A stretch of 64,000 bases of DNA from Eledone cirrhosa (lineage: Eukaryota). The notes under the pieces are model-generated. The model saw nothing but the letters and a program-made list of their open reading frames with translations, searched no databases and was not told where the DNA came from. Positions within the stretch are counted from its first letter, which is position 1, and each line of letters starts with the position of its first letter. Of the stretch, positions 25,827-40,077 are shown in pieces. The position numbers were made by a program, and so were the translations under genes. The stretch is taken from contig OZ024743.1 in the NCBI GenBank assembly GCA_964016885.1, forward strand, positions 72,850,001 to 72,914,000, written 5' to 3'.

Positions 25827-28346
25827 AATTAAATTTAACAACCACCTCTGGACTAGAGCAGACAGAGATAGTAATTTCGATATTACTATGGGGTTATCCG
25901 ATTCGGCACAAATAACGTATCTTGTGGGGCTTTTTATTAATAATACTCTACATAGTAAAATACCGGAGATGACCGGTGGTTTATATCGCGACGATATGCT
26001 ACTACTTATAGAAAATAATAATAACTGTAAAATAAATAGGAAAAGAAAAGAAATTATACAATTTTTTTAATTGCCTTAATCTTAAAGTAGAAGTAGAGAA
26101 TAATTATAAAATAGTTAACTTTCTAGATGTAACTTTAAATCTTAATACTGGTCTTTATTATCCATTCCACAAAATAAATGAGAACCTAAACTATGTTAAC
26201 TTTAATTCCAATCACCCCAGATCCGTTAAAAACAATATAGTAAATTCTGTGCAGCAACGTATTTCTAGAATTTCAGCTAATAAGAATATTTTTGAAGATA
26301 AAGCACAATATTATAACGAAGCGTTAAGTAGTAATAATATTAAATACATTGATAATAATAATGTGCCAACTAACCATAACTATAAAAATTATAATAGAAA
26401 ACGTTACAATAACTCGAAAAACAAAAAAAGAAATAGAACAAGAAATATATTATGGTTCGCTCCCCCTTTCTCATTAAGTATTAACACTCCTATTGTTAAA
26501 TTATTCTTTAAAGCTGTAGATAAATGCTTTCCTAGAACACATAGGTATTACTCAATATTTAATAGACATACTATAACATTATCGTATTCCACCACTAGTA
26601 ATTTAGCGCAGAATATTAATAGAATTAATAATAGAAACTTAAAACCTAACCAGAATACCATTAATAACCCTAGTAACATCCAATATAATAGTACGGCTCC
26701 TAGTAACTTAAATTTAGATAAATGTAACTGTAGATATAAATCTAACTGTCCTCTAAATAATAATTGTTTAGTTAAAAATATAGTATACTATTGTAATGTA
26801 AAAACTAATGTAAATTCCTTTAATTATGTAGGCTCTACCTCCACAGATTTTAAGTCCCGTTTTAATAACCATAAATGCTCTTTTACGAATATTAGTAAAA
26901 AATCATCAACTTCTCTATCTAATTTACTATGGGACCTAAAATCAAAAAACACTAACTATTCTTTACTTTGGAATATTATCTCCAAACTCCTTCATTCAAT
27001 GCTTTATCTGAAAATTGTGCTCTTTGTATAGAGGAAATATTCTTTATGTTAAAAAGTAAGAATTCTGTTAATTTAAGGAATAATTTATTCAGTTCTTGTA
27101 AACATCGGTTAAATTCAACTTTTAAATATATATATAAAATGTAATATATAACTCATATCTTTTACATATCCTCTATTATTATTATACCTATCGATAATCA
27201 TTAGATTCCTTTTATATGACTGCTTGGAACTCCCTTAAAGGAAATAACATTTTTTCTTGAAACATTTTTCTTGATAAACCTACTGAAGGATTTAAGGAAA
27301 ATATTTTGAAAATTCATCTGACGGGTATAGGAAAATTATAATTCATATTTTATATTGTGCATTTTTATATTTCTATATTCTTATATTTTTCAAATGCTTA
27401 ATATATATATATCCAAATGTTTATATATATATGATAAACATAGTGATTTTTTATGTATATGTGGTATAACCTAAAATTTATAATTTAAATATATTTTATA
27501 AATATATTCTTATGAAATATTTTTTTTTGTGCTTTATGCTTTAAATATATTCTTATGACAATTTTAAATGTTATAATTTCTATATGTTGTGACGTTATGG
27601 CAAGTAAATTTATGTTTTAACTGTTATACCTTTATAACAGGTAAATTTATGAATTTATAAATTTATGACTTAGTATAAAATAATATAAGATTCATATTCT
27701 AATTACATTCTTAAGATAGAAAATTTAACTTTTTAACTTCTTAACCTTGTAGCATTTAATCCTTAGAGTCAACTGAGTTATTAATAAATCACTAATAACT
27801 TCCTTTACGCTGTACTGCTATTATAATACAAATAAGGGGTTATTTTTCTGTAAACTCTCGGAATTTCCATGGGTTTAGAATTATTTGGATACTTTTAACC
27901 TACAATTTTTTAATAATTGATAATTAATGATAATATATATTTTATTATAATAATAATATATATGTTTTTATAAAAATAATATATATTTTTTAATGATATA
28001 TATTTTTTAATAATATATAATAGTTTTTATTTTTTAATTTTTTTAATAATCTAACATACACATTTAAACTAATGTTTAAACTATTAAATTATTAATTAAA
28101 CACTTAATCAAATTTATTAATTAAGTGTACCCACTCACTTCTAACTGTGACTGACTGTATCCCTACGGATTTGTTTGATGTCCAGCAACTTTTGCAGCGA
28201 TAGAAGTCTGAAAACTTTTATAACCTCAACTAAAGCTAATAGCAGTCGCCTTGTCTCTGACTGACTGATGTGTCTTCATATGAGGGAATGAATTGTGTGA
28301 GAGAACGTCGTTTTTTTCTGCCTCATATCAAGAATTTGAAGACAAT

Positions 28347-28434
28347 TCATTTTCACCTGATGAGATCAGTGATAATCGATCATGGCTTCACAATCGATCT
28401 ATCTCTATTTGAAACATGTGTCGTGATTAAATGA
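28347..28434 (+). ncRNA. Hammerhead ribozyme in the Penelope 3' pLTR
   Basis: tcattttcac-CTGATGA-(long stem II)-GAAA-catgtg-TC-gtgattaaatga. Confidence 0.7.
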
Positions 28435-28629
28435 TTGGAATTTTACCTTGCCTTCGGATTTTCATTTTGATATATATATTTATATATATATGAAAACTCG
28501 AATGATTTGTCCAAACACAAATGACTGTAATTAAGAAGATAACAATAATATTTGAAGAAATCGAGTTCATTACCACTCTTTTCCATCTCCAACGTGACTT
28601 TACACGATTTTCAAAATATTTTGAAAATA

Positions 28630-29215
28630 CTTAACAATAGCACACAAACACTACAGGGAGCCTCACTCCAGAAAGAATTCTATAGACTTCTGACTGAGGA
28701 ATGCTCTCAGAACTGACCAATGGGAAGTTTGACACTTTTTTGTTATTTTGTTCCTTTAACACCTTGTCCCTTCTACCTCTTTATCAATTTTTTAAGCTAA
28801 CTCCAACAATAATAACACTTAGAATTAGGAATGTTCTAATAACTGACCAATGAGAGGAGAAGAGGCCCTTTGTCACTGAAATTCGTTTGTTTGAATTCAT
28901 ATGATTCCAGTTCCTCAGTGAAATAACAACCCAACCAGGAACTGGGCATATCAGAGTATTGACAAAATTATACACCTCAACAACATATGTACTTGTCTAT
29001 ACCACACTAATTCAAACTGCCTGAAGAGGTCACAGCCAAAGATGGCTGTCACTGAAATATATATAGCAGTAATAAACGAAGCTAAATTTTAAACATTTGA
29101 CTTTTTATTTAACTTTATTTTACATTACTCCGGAGTAACCAATCCAACCTGCGCACTTCGTCGAGTGCTTCAGCCTGCGCATACTGAGGTGTTGGTATAC
29201 AACCAACATATACTC

Positions 29216-29220
<5 letters not shown>
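28630..29220 (+). mobile_element. Solo Penelope pLTR, family C
   Basis: Homologous to 39890-40640 (-) and 42905-43545 (+). Confidence 0.85.
29016..29070 (+). ncRNA. Minimal hammerhead ribozyme, family C
   Basis: actgc-CTGAAGA-ggtcacagcca aaga tggctgtcact-GAAA-tatata-TA-gcagt. Confidence 0.85.
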
Positions 29221-29308
<88 letters not shown>

Positions 29309-29527
29309 TTGTTGCAAAAAAGTGTTGTTTATCTTGGTCGTTACGTTGTAACTTCTTGAGGTTAAGCAGGTCCACCTGTGTATCACGATGATTGCATAAC
29401 TGATAACATCACATATGATTGCGTAGCAATCTGACGAAGTTACGTGACTAACCATGTAACACAAATATATATAATTCAATAAACAATTATGGTGGATTAA
29501 TCCCGTCATAACTAGAATTATGTGATA

Positions 29528-29573
<46 letters not shown>

Positions 29574-29622
29574 TGTGTGTGTGTGTGTGTGTGAGTGTGT
29601 GTGTGTGTGTGTTAGTGTGTGT

Positions 29623-29717
<95 letters not shown>

Positions 29718-30216
29718 AATTTCGTATATCTAAAGCTATATGGTATGTTTAATAAATAAACATTTTCAAAGCCACAGCTACGAATAGATGACTGCCGCTG
29801 AGCACCGCCAAGCGGTGTCCGGCATTGGCAAGGGGGATTGCTGTCTATGTATTTCGAACTTAAATTGTACTTATCAGGACAATGCTTCCATTTCCTACTG
29901 CTGAACTTTGAAACAGGCGAAAATATATAGTTTTTTTTCTTCTCCGTAAATGGGCTGATTAGCCTCATTTTCATACGAAGCTGTATAAATTGACTCAACT
30001 TAAAATATAATTATAATTTAGTTTCGTGTTTGTATACAGCTATCTCGAAAGCTAAATTCTATTATGCATAGATGTTTGTGTGTGTGTGTCTCTATGTGTG
30101 TGTGTGTTTCTGTGTCTGTGTCTGTGTGTGCGAAATTTATTATATTTATTCACCAACTAACCAAATTACTTCTCTAAAAACCTAGCATTTCCAGCCACCT
30201 TTTTCCATATAACACA

Positions 30217-30445
30217 GAAGTAACATTCAAAGACCAACCAGATGTGAGAAAAACCACAAACACTCCATCTCAATTCTACTTTTGAAAAGCAGAAGAAATG
30301 CGAAACCGGTAATGGAACCAAATATATATATATTTAAAAAAAAGGCTACAGTTGCATTTTCGATTTCATCTTTTTTCCTTATAATTTCACTCGTGTAGGA
30401 CACCTCGTTTTTTTTCATTTTGTAAAAGAAAGCTCACTCTCTTAT
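30217..30445 (+). mobile_element. Family-D pLTR fragment with a degenerate U3:A8 HHR
   Basis: Homologous to 32705-32935, 43603-43925, 50470-50825 and 63413-63550. Confidence 0.8.
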
Positions 30446-30451
30446 ATATAT

Positions 30452-30525
<74 letters not shown>

Positions 30526-30643
30526 ATATATAAATATATATGTATGTGTGAGTGTTTGTGTGTATATGTGTGTGTACTTAAAAATAGTTATTCATATTTG
30601 TGCGTGATTTATGTATTTCAAGGTATCCATTTTTGTATTCATG

Positions 30644-30768
<125 letters not shown>

Positions 30769-30947
30769 AGCTGTGTATGTATATGTGTTGGGGACTCAAA
30801 AATACATAAATACTGCAAGACAATTGGGAGTAGAGGACTATCATCTTATCAAACTTTTAGAATTTAATCTTTCACAAGCCATGTCATAATTGACATCATA
30901 TTGACAGATACCATAAATTTGTGAAACGCATTAAATTATATACATAT

Positions 30948-31007
<60 letters not shown>

Positions 31008-31196
31008 TTGTGTGTATGCGTGTGTGTATGCGTGTGTGTATGCGTGTATGTTTGTGCATGTGTGTATGTGTGCGTGAGTGTGTATATATTTTCTAATAAT
31101 TAATTGCGTTTTGTGCTGCCATGTCAACCTCTCTTACTATTCTTATATTCTCTGACTGGCTCGACATATATATGTATATGTATATATATATATACT

Positions 31197-31637
31197 AGAC
31201 CTGAAAAATGCGTAAGCTCAAAAGAGTCACAGAATGTTACAATAAACCTTCAAAAGTGTGGGACTTGAGTTGTTGTTCATGAATATTGTAATCATTATCT
31301 ATCGTACACTCTCTGTCAACCTTTTATAAAAAAGAGACTCATAACGAACTTAAGACGACACGATAATTATTTAAGCTAACGTTCAATATCTCATATTAGA
31401 TGTTTAGTAATGATTAATACGAAATGCACTTAAACCGAATTCTATATTATAAATTCACTTAAATAATTATAGCGTCGTCTTGAGTTCGTTATGAGTTTCT
31501 TTTTTATAAAAGGATGCCACAGAGTGTACGATAGATAATGATTACAATATTTTTGAGCAACAACTCTAGTCCCACACTTTTGAAGGTTTATTATAACATT
31601 CTGTGGCTCTTTTGAGCTTGCGCATTTTTCAGGTCTA
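31197..31637. repeat. Inverted repeat with ~180-bp arms and ~80-bp spacer
   Basis: 31197-31375 is the reverse complement of about 31457-31637. Confidence 0.9.
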
Positions 31638-32061
31638 TTTTAATATTTTTTTAAGGCAACGCTTGTAATAACTCTAGTTAAACATGATATATATTAATAA
31701 TAAATTATCGTTGTAATGTAATTAGATTATATAATTGTTATTTTATAAATGATCTTATAAATATTACTTTAAGATGTATAAAAATATGTTCAGACTTTTA
31801 ATATAAACAACTACAAAAAACAATCAATATTAAATAATATATTTTACATAATAATTGTTATAGTTGAACTAATAAAAATTAAATATTACATACAAATTGT
31901 CTAACATAATAATAATAAAATAATCTAACATAAAACGAACAATAATATGGACAAATATACAAGTAAATATGATACAACCAATATTATAAGCATGTTATAA
32001 CGAACTGAAAAAAAATAGTTAATATAAATTTTTAAAAAGTCATATATAAATTAACAATATC

Positions 32062-32320
32062 ACTTACCAAAACGAGAAAAATATTTTGATGATAGACGAC
32101 GAAATACAGGAGGAAGATTCGAAAGCGAAACGATGAATAAACGTGAAAACAAAATGGCGGATGCTTTTGGGCAACAATTACTCTCGTTGGTTGATTGATT
32201 AGCCAATATGACGATACATTACAAAAGATATTTTACAGCGATCACCAGGGCCAGCGACACCCCTTGAATTATTTATTCACAAGTTACGCATATATGTCAG
32301 ACGCGCAGACTTAAAACATT
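32062..32320 (-). promoter_or_regulatory. Candidate host promoter and non-coding first exon
   Basis: CCGCCATTTTG (YY1-like) at 32150-32160, CCAAT at about 32202, a local CpG cluster, and donor G|GTAAGT at 32067-32062. Confidence 0.4.
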
Positions 32321-32343
32321 CTGTTGTTAGTCACTGCGTATCT

Positions 32344-32423
<80 letters not shown>

Positions 32424-32435
32424 GTTTTAATATAG

Positions 32436-32492
32436 AAGAGCCTCTACAGGACTAGATCTGTTTCATTCGTGAGAAATCATCAGGGAGCTCTT
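32436..32492 (-). ncRNA. Type I hammerhead ribozyme, family B
   Basis: agagctcc-CTGATGA-t ttc tcac gaa t-GAAA-cag atctagtc ctg-TA-gaggctct. Confidence 0.8.
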
Positions 32493-32704
32493 TATTGGAC
32501 ATATTACAAATGTTTCTCGGGCGACCAGCTCGAGGCACAATCGACGTGGTGATCAAACCTGACTCTGAAATCACGCGGTCCTTGGATAAGTCTCCATTAT
32601 ACGAAGCATAATCGAGAAAAACAGGATGGGGAGAATTGTTCTTGTTCAGTGAATATGGCTTGTGTGCTGGGGTCAAAATTCAGATTTTTCTATTGAAATA
32701 AAGT

Positions 32705-32935
32705 AGAAGTAACATTCAAAGACTGACCAGATGTGAGAAAAACCACAAACCCGCCATCTCAATTCTACTTTTGAAAAGCAGAAGAACTGCGAAACCGGTA
32801 AAGGAACAAAATAAATATATATCTAAAAATAAAAAAGCTCCAGATGCATTTTCTATTTCATCTTTTTTTCTTGTACATTCACACGTGTAGGACACCTCGT
32901 TTTTTTTTCATTTTGTAAAAAAACCTCACTTTCTT
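32705..32935 (+). mobile_element. Family-D pLTR fragment with a minimal HHR at about 32763-32806
   Basis: ctt-TTGAAAA-gcag aagaa ctgc-GAAA-ccgg-TA-aag. Confidence 0.8.
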
Positions 32936-32974
32936 ATATATATATATATAAGATATATGCGTATATTAATTCGT

Positions 32975-33467
32975 TAATCTCTGTATTAACTCTACAACTA
33001 TTGAGCTTTGACAGTGGTCTCACTCATGTATACTGTTGAAGATGAAGAGAAAGACTGTAAAAACTAGCTTATATTTATAATTTAAAATTGATACACACTA
33101 CGATACTTTTTGCCTTATGATAGCTGTTTTTCACGCCGTAACATTAGATACATTATATACCACCCACCTAAGTAATGTCAGGGTCTCCTTAAATAGTTTA
33201 TTGATAGCATTGTTGTAATAATTGTTGTTGTTATTGTTCTAATTGAATGCCATAACTACTCCATATTTTCTTTTCTTTTCTTGCCTGTGTATTTTCTTCA
33301 TTCTCGCATGCTCCGAAGATCTGACTGGTTATAATTCTGTATTAGCGATCGAGTGACGCAAAATTAGGCGGATAGCGATCTCTAGACAGACCAGTTCAGT
33401 GAAACAAATGTAAGCTATGTGATTAAAAACTTTTTTGTATAGCAAACCATGTAAACCTTCTTTCCTG

Positions 33468-33470
<3 letters not shown>
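32975..33470 (+). mobile_element. Family-E short element between (TA)n tracts
   Basis: Highly similar to both arms of the 56639-57694 palindrome. Confidence 0.9.
33304..33422 (+). ncRNA. Hammerhead ribozyme, family E (U4C core, large stem II insertion)
   Basis: cgcatgct-CCGAAGA-t ctgactggt...accagttcag t-GAAA-ca aa tg-TA-agctatgtg. Confidence 0.72.
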
Positions 33471-33521
<51 letters not shown>

Positions 33522-33594
33522 GTACCTATATATATATATGCATTCAAAATAAAAGAAGCAGACGCATCAAATCGAACAATCCTAAATACATATA

Positions 33595-33651
<57 letters not shown>

Positions 33652-33666
33652 ATATATATATATATA

Positions 33667-33723
<57 letters not shown>

Positions 33724-33741
33724 TGTGTATATATATATATA

Positions 33742-33787
<46 letters not shown>

Positions 33788-34259
33788 TATATATTGTATT
33801 TTTACAAATATATACACAGCCGAATTCATTCGCCTAATATAGGGGTTCCCTCCCTTGCTAAACCCCACGTGGATTTAGTAACGGGTTCTTCTATATATTC
33901 GAACGAAATGCCTGTTGGGAAAGTGGTTTTCCTCGTTCATCTTTTTGCCAGAAGCCGAATATTTTTTATGTAAGCTGACGGTAACTGATTTAGGAACCGC
34001 AGAAACCAAAAAGCTGGAATTTACCATCATTCTAGCGTGTCCGGGTAAAGATTTTTCATTCATTTATATTATTATTTGTCTGACCCGAATTTTCCTGGTC
34101 GTTTTTTTCGGCTGTGCGAGTGATTCTAAGCATTGTCTCCGTGTGTTGGTATTTAAACGATAGTTATAGCTCTGGTTTATCCAAACTATTGAGCCATTTG
34201 CCACGCATTTCGAAGAATGTGTTTCGTTATTTCGTGGGCAGAAATTCCGATTATCGATA

Positions 34260-34324
<65 letters not shown>

Positions 34325-34330
<6 letters not shown>

Positions 34331-37300
34331 ATGAAATATAAGAATCAAAGAACTGTTCAAAACATTATTGTGCTTACAGCTGTTTCCTCCAAACCGAGGT
34401 TTGGATTCTTCGGAGCAATTTATTAATGCATGGACAGTTATATGACCTCCTTTTCAGCCGAGAGGCATACCGATACATATTCAAACATTGATACATATTC
34501 AAACATTGTGGGTCAACATTCATTACAGAATTTAGAGTGGCAGTACACACTTCGAGATTACATTTATATTAATAGGTACAATCAAAAATCAAAAATACAG
34601 GTTAAAATACAACATGAAGATAAGCGGTTATATAGTGCAAATGTTATATGTGTGGCACGCATGTGCGTCTTGTTTATATAGTGTGGCAGAGAGATATGTG
34701 TGGTAGAGGCACTTAGGTAGGTAAACAAGAGTGTTAGGTTGGTAGATCTGGTGGCAAATTCATTATATGATTGATAGAGTCTGTGTGTGGAGAAATGTTA
34801 TAAGCATTAAAAATAGTGCAAGCATTAAAAGTGTTAAAAGTATTGGAGATGTACAGCGAAGGGATGTCAAGTATTTCATGTACTTCGACATTTTCATGGT
34901 CAGGGGAGTGTATTTTTCGATTATATGCCCCTCACATAATCCACGACAATTCGATATTGAGAGTTTGACAATCCAGTTAGAGATCGTAGTCTGGTGTTCT
35001 TTAGTTCAATACAGGAGGCTGTTACGTTTCGAGAAACGCCATTGAATACCACCCGGAAGTGTGTGTGTGGCTAAGGGGAGTTAATGCATGCGGGGAGGTA
35101 ACTCCGGGGTTTCTATACCTAGCTATTAAAATGTGTCACAGTATACACCCTAATTTCTATGGTGATGCGCATCCCCCAAAAACATTTTTAAAGCATAAAG
35201 TGTATTAACTATAGAGTAGTTTAATTAAGTTATGCTGAAGGTGATCATATTATTATGGTGGATTAATCCATCGTAATGTGCCACAAATGGAAATTATAGA
35301 TGATGAGCGAGGATTCTAAATTAATGATCTCTGTGGTTGTAGTCTACTCATAGGACCAGGCGCGGTGATTGCAGGATTGCTTCAGGACCGAATGATCTCT
35401 GGTAAGTTCTGGGTCATCGCTTGCTACATTGGATGTCGAAAGATAATCATCCCCAGGCCGGCCAGAGGTCAATCCGCGGTACTCGCGACCCCTCTCTGAC
35501 CGTCAGATCATCCATATATGTACAACCCGCACGGCAGTTGCAATGCATTCACTCACTGCGCTCAGCAGCCTGGTCCTACTGCTCAACAGCGTTACTAGAT
35601 TAAATCGTTTATCATTTGTCTAAGGAAGGTGTTTCCTCTGCACAACACTATCCAACCGATCAATTCATGCTCAAATTACCCATAGAGCGGTGTAGTGCCG
35701 TTCAAGTGGGTGGATGTTGTCACACCTGACGTAGAGGTATAAATGGGTATTCTCCCTGCGAAGGGTTCCAGAGGGACGTCGTTGTTTGTGTTATATTAGA
35801 TCAGTTATTGTTGGGTATGTGGTATAAGGTGTGTCTCTGGTGTTTGATGCTAGATGTGGTGTTAGGTTCCAGTCCGACATTGCTATATATTGCTGATGTA
35901 GGTATGTATGTTGACGTGTGTATGTTGTGGGTTCGTCTTAGGGAGAATTGTTTAGACGGGGTCCGTATTTGTTAATAAAGTGAGACTCCTTGCTGATGCG
36001 CTGGGTGTGGAGGACATTATCTTTAAATTTGTAGAGGGGAAAGATTCTGAATTTGGGATGATTTGGGGCGGCACATGTATCAATGTGTTCACTCAGTCGT
36101 ATTTTCCTGTATTCTCGTATTTTAATTTGGGATCTATGGACAGTCATGCGTTGGCGGAGGCTGTTTTTGGTCTGGCCTATGTATTGTTCTCGACAACCTG
36201 AGCAAGTTAATACATATATTGGATTTTCTGATGCGCATGTGAAATTGTGTTTTACTATAAAACGTTGTCCTTCTTTGAAATAGAATTCCGAACCCTCTAT
36301 TAGGTTGATGCATATGCCACAGTTGGGTCTATCGCTTTTTTTATTATGGTTTTCGTTGTTGTGGTTGGCAGTACTTTGGCATGTGTTAGGATGTTTTTCA
36401 TTGATTTAGATTGTCTTTTGCTCTTTATGATATCGTGTGTTCGTAGGATTTGGTTCATTCTATGGTCCTTTTTTAACACAGGGATGTTCTGGAGGATCGT
36501 TTCAAAGGCCTCATTGTTGAGGGTTTTGTGTGTGGAAATGTATGGAAGAGCTTTTAGTTTCGGTTGATTTACTTTAGGGTGTCTAAGGTCCTGGGTACTG
36601 AGTTTTAGGGCACGTTGGATTCTATTGTCAATTAGTGATGTCTATGAGTGTTTCCTTTAGTTCTTGTAGCCATAACAGGTATTTTTATTGGAGACTATAG
36701 TACAGATTCTCTTGGCTAAGTTGTAGGGAATATTAATTTTAACGTGTCTAGGGTGGCAAGAGTTGAAAGGAAGATATTGCTTGGAGTCTGTGGGCTTGTA
36801 GTATATGTCTGTTTCTATTTTTTGTTATGAATCTTAATGAGGATGTCGAGCAAGCGGGGTTTTTGATGGCTGTATTCCATCGTGAAGTTAATATTCGTGT
36901 TGAGCCCATTTACAAGGGTGTGAAAATCTTTAAGTTTCTCGATGTTTTCGTGCCAAAGGATGAAGAAGTCATCTATATATCGCTTCCAGTTCCTTTCTAT
37001 GTGTAAGTGGAGAGTGTTTCCGAATTTGTTTAGTACTTTAGTGTAGAGGGTGATTTCCAGGTATCCCATGACTAGGTTGGCATACGTGGGGGCTGTTTTC
37101 CTTCCCATAGCGGTCCCAGATTTCTGCCTGTAGGGTTTGTTATTGAAAACGAAGTAATTGTTCTCCAAGATAAATTTGAGTCCCTCTATCACGAATTCTT
37201 TTTTGAAGCGTTGTGGGAGTTCATTGTGGTAATTATCCAGCCAGAATTGGATAGCTTCTATTCCTAGGTTGTGGGGAATGTTGGAGTATAGGTTGACTAC

Positions 37301-39880
37301 ATCGAACGTCACTAGTAGGGTTTGTTCAGAAAGGGGCATATTAGGGAGCTGATTCAGCATATCTAGGTCGTCCCTTATATAGCTTTTGATGTGTTTGAGA
37401 AAAGGCTTGAGAAGGGTATCAATGAAGTTGCTAAGGCGGTGGGTTTCGCAAGCGGGGCCTGCTATTATAGCTCTTAATTTGAGATCATTGGGTGAGGGGA
37501 CATTGATGACTATGTATGTGGCTTCCTTGCATGCCTTACTTATTAATTAGCTTTTATGTACTTTAGGGATACCGTAGAAAAGGCTGGATTTACTTGTGAA
37601 GTCTGTGATGAAGCTGAATTCCTTGTTAGTGAGTCCTTCTTTGTATTGGTTGATCAGTGTTTTTAGGTTTCTCATAATTTTCTGTTGATTGTAGTGGTCA
37701 GCCTTTTCGTAGTATGTTTCGTTTTCAAAAGTGGAGAGCGCAAAGTTGATATAGAATTCTGTCTCCATTAGGACTACTGTACTCCCTTTATCAGCCTCTT
37801 TAATTCTAATGGTTCTGTCGGTTTTAATCTATTTAATTCTTCCCATTCTTTCTTGTTGAGGTTTGGCTTGTGTTTTTGTCTGTGCAAGTGTTGGTAAGGG
37901 AAGATTGTGATGTGTTCATAGAATTCGTCCAGGATTTCATTTCTACCTTTCGATGGGATGTAATTGCTTCTATTTATGGCTAATGATTCATACTCATTGT
38001 ACTGGTCGAATAGTTCTTCACTGAGTCGTAACTTTCTACAGAAGTCTGTGATGTCTTCCTTCATTTCATAGTAGTTAAGACGTAGTGGGGTCGGTGTGAA
38101 TTTAAGACCTTTGGAGAGTAAGTTGATAAGGTTGGGTGTTGGTTTTGCACTAGTGAGATTGATAATTTTTATTACTCTCGGTTTCTCCTCCCTGTCTTGT
38201 GTTATTTTGTTTGCCTGTATCTGTGTGCTGTGTCTAAAAAATGGTTGGGGTAGAGGGGTTGTATGCTGATGTTAAATGGTCTCCTGTGTTTGTTATATTC
38301 CTTGTTGTTGTAAAATGTGGTTCGGGTTCGTGGTTGTAGATTGAATGGGGTTTTCCTGTATTGCGAGTATGGATGTGTGTTTCTATGTGCCATGTTGGAT
38401 TGTGGTGTTATAAGTGGCCTACGTTGTTGGTTGTATCGTGTGGTGTGGGTTTGTTGTGTATTGTGGAAGCGAGAGTTGAGAAAATGGAAATTACCTTGCT
38501 GTCCCCTTGAAGCGGGGAAGTCTATCATGGTGGTGGTATCTTTTCCCTATGTTTGACGATGAGGCATCCGCGTAGTAGTTGAGTGATTTGGTATGGTGTC
38601 TCCTTGAAGGGGGAAAGTTGTAAATGTCATTCTGGGGGGTGTTGATTTCTAGGGTTTTTGTTCCTTCTTATGGTAGCGAGGTTGGGAAGTTCATCTTCGG
38701 TGTGGTGTTTCCTTCTTCTTTTGTTATTGGCTGGGGGGTTTGCGAAGTTGTTGTGCGGTTCGGTTATGGGTTTTCCTATTTTTATGAACGGGTTATTGGA
38801 GGTGTAATCCATAGAAAAGTCGATTCATAGTGTAGGAACCAAGCGACACTTTTTTTCCCAGAGTTGAAGGGAGTTCAGTTCTTCTCTGTTGTAGTCCCCT
38901 TTCCTTAATTTAGAGATCTTTTCTACCTTGGGGCCTTCAGTCTTATTGTTGATTTCCAGGAGGATCTCTTCATCGATGGTTTTGATTTTTTCCTCATTTG
39001 TCTGGGCCCTCAATTTAAGAAGTTCAATTTCGGTCTTCATTTTTTCCAATGCCATTCTTTCCCTAAGCTGTCTTTGAGGTTTGGGTTCATTTGGAATGGA
39101 CTATATTTGTATTTTACGGGGGAGAGTTAGAGGGGTTGAGTTAAGCCATTTTTCATATATCTCCGCTTTGTTGTGATTTTGTATCACCTTCCAGAATAAG
39201 AACTTTCTGTCTCTGAAGGATTTGTTCCATTTTGGAATTGTTTGAATTTTCATTTTGTATGAATCAATCTCACATGGCTCTTCGTTGGTTTTTCCTGGGT
39301 TGGTAGTAGTGAACATAGTTTGGATAGTATCGCAAAGGTTTTGAAGTTTATCGCCGATTTCGGAGGGTTTGTATCCGGTGACGGTTTCCACATTTGTGGA
39401 GTCAAGTTTGTCGACCAGCACAGATAAGTTAGTGTTAATTTTCTTTAGTTCCTGTAGAATCTTTTCATTTGTGTTGATAAGAGTTGTATATGTTTTGTTG
39501 CCATTTTATGTATCTCGTGTGAGGATATGATATTTAAAAGAATAGAAGTGTAACACACGAGTTATGATATATTGGTAAAAGTAAAAGAAAATGCTGACAA
39601 ATTGTTCCCAGTGAAAAATAGTTTAATTAGGAATAAGTAAAAATTAGTAATAGTATTGGTTAGTATTCAGTTTTGGTTTTAAGTTTTACCGGGTGCGCAT
39701 TTCTAATGCTTTCAAAAATAATTTTGAGATAGAGCGCCCGTGATTAGTTTTGGAAATTCTACCTGTTTTATGTAAAAAAAAGTGGCTCCAGATGTATGAA
39801 GAAATTATTGTGGTCAAAACAATTTTGATTGATCGGTAGAGATCATGTGAATATTAAAAATTGATTTTGCACCAATAGTA
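34325..39880 (-). mobile_element. Near full-length degenerate Penelope-like element (Neptune-like)
   Basis: The coding region at about 39504-35938 has LSKGLKFTPTP, FYGIPKVHK, FDVVNLYSNIP, GTAMG, RYIDD, a Cys linker and GIY-YIG. There is a 1.6-kb 3' UTR ending in an HHR. Confidence 0.92.
34371..34417 (-). ncRNA. Minimal hammerhead ribozyme (U4C) at the 3' end of the Penelope element
   Basis: tgct-CCGAAGA-a tccaaac ctcg gtttgga g-GAAA-cagctg-TA-agca, with palindromic stem III ACAGCTGT. Confidence 0.8.
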
Positions 39881-40023
39881 TATGTTGGTTGTTTACCGAC
39901 ACCTCAGTATGCAGAATGGAGCACTCGACGAAGTACGCAGGTTGGTTTGGTTACTCCGGAGTAATGTAAAATAAAGTAATTAAGTCAAATATTTAAGATT
40001 TGGCTTCGTTTATTAAAGTTGTT

Positions 40024-40077
40024 CTGCTATATATATTTCCGTGACAGCCATCATTGGCTGTGACCTCTTCAGGCAGT
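40024..40077 (-). ncRNA. Minimal hammerhead ribozyme, family C
   Basis: ctgc-CTGAAGA-ggtcacagcca atga tggctgtcacg-GAAA-tatata-TA-gcag. Confidence 0.85.

Larger units (their letters stand above)
24950..28460 (+). mobile_element. Degenerate Penelope-like retroelement (RT, GIY-YIG, long AT-rich 3' UTR, pLTR HHR)
   Basis: Motifs VKSDKANN, MGLSDSA, LYRDDML, FLDV, WFAPPFS, CNCRYKSNCPLNNNCL, YVGSTSTDFKSRFNNH. Confidence 0.92.
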
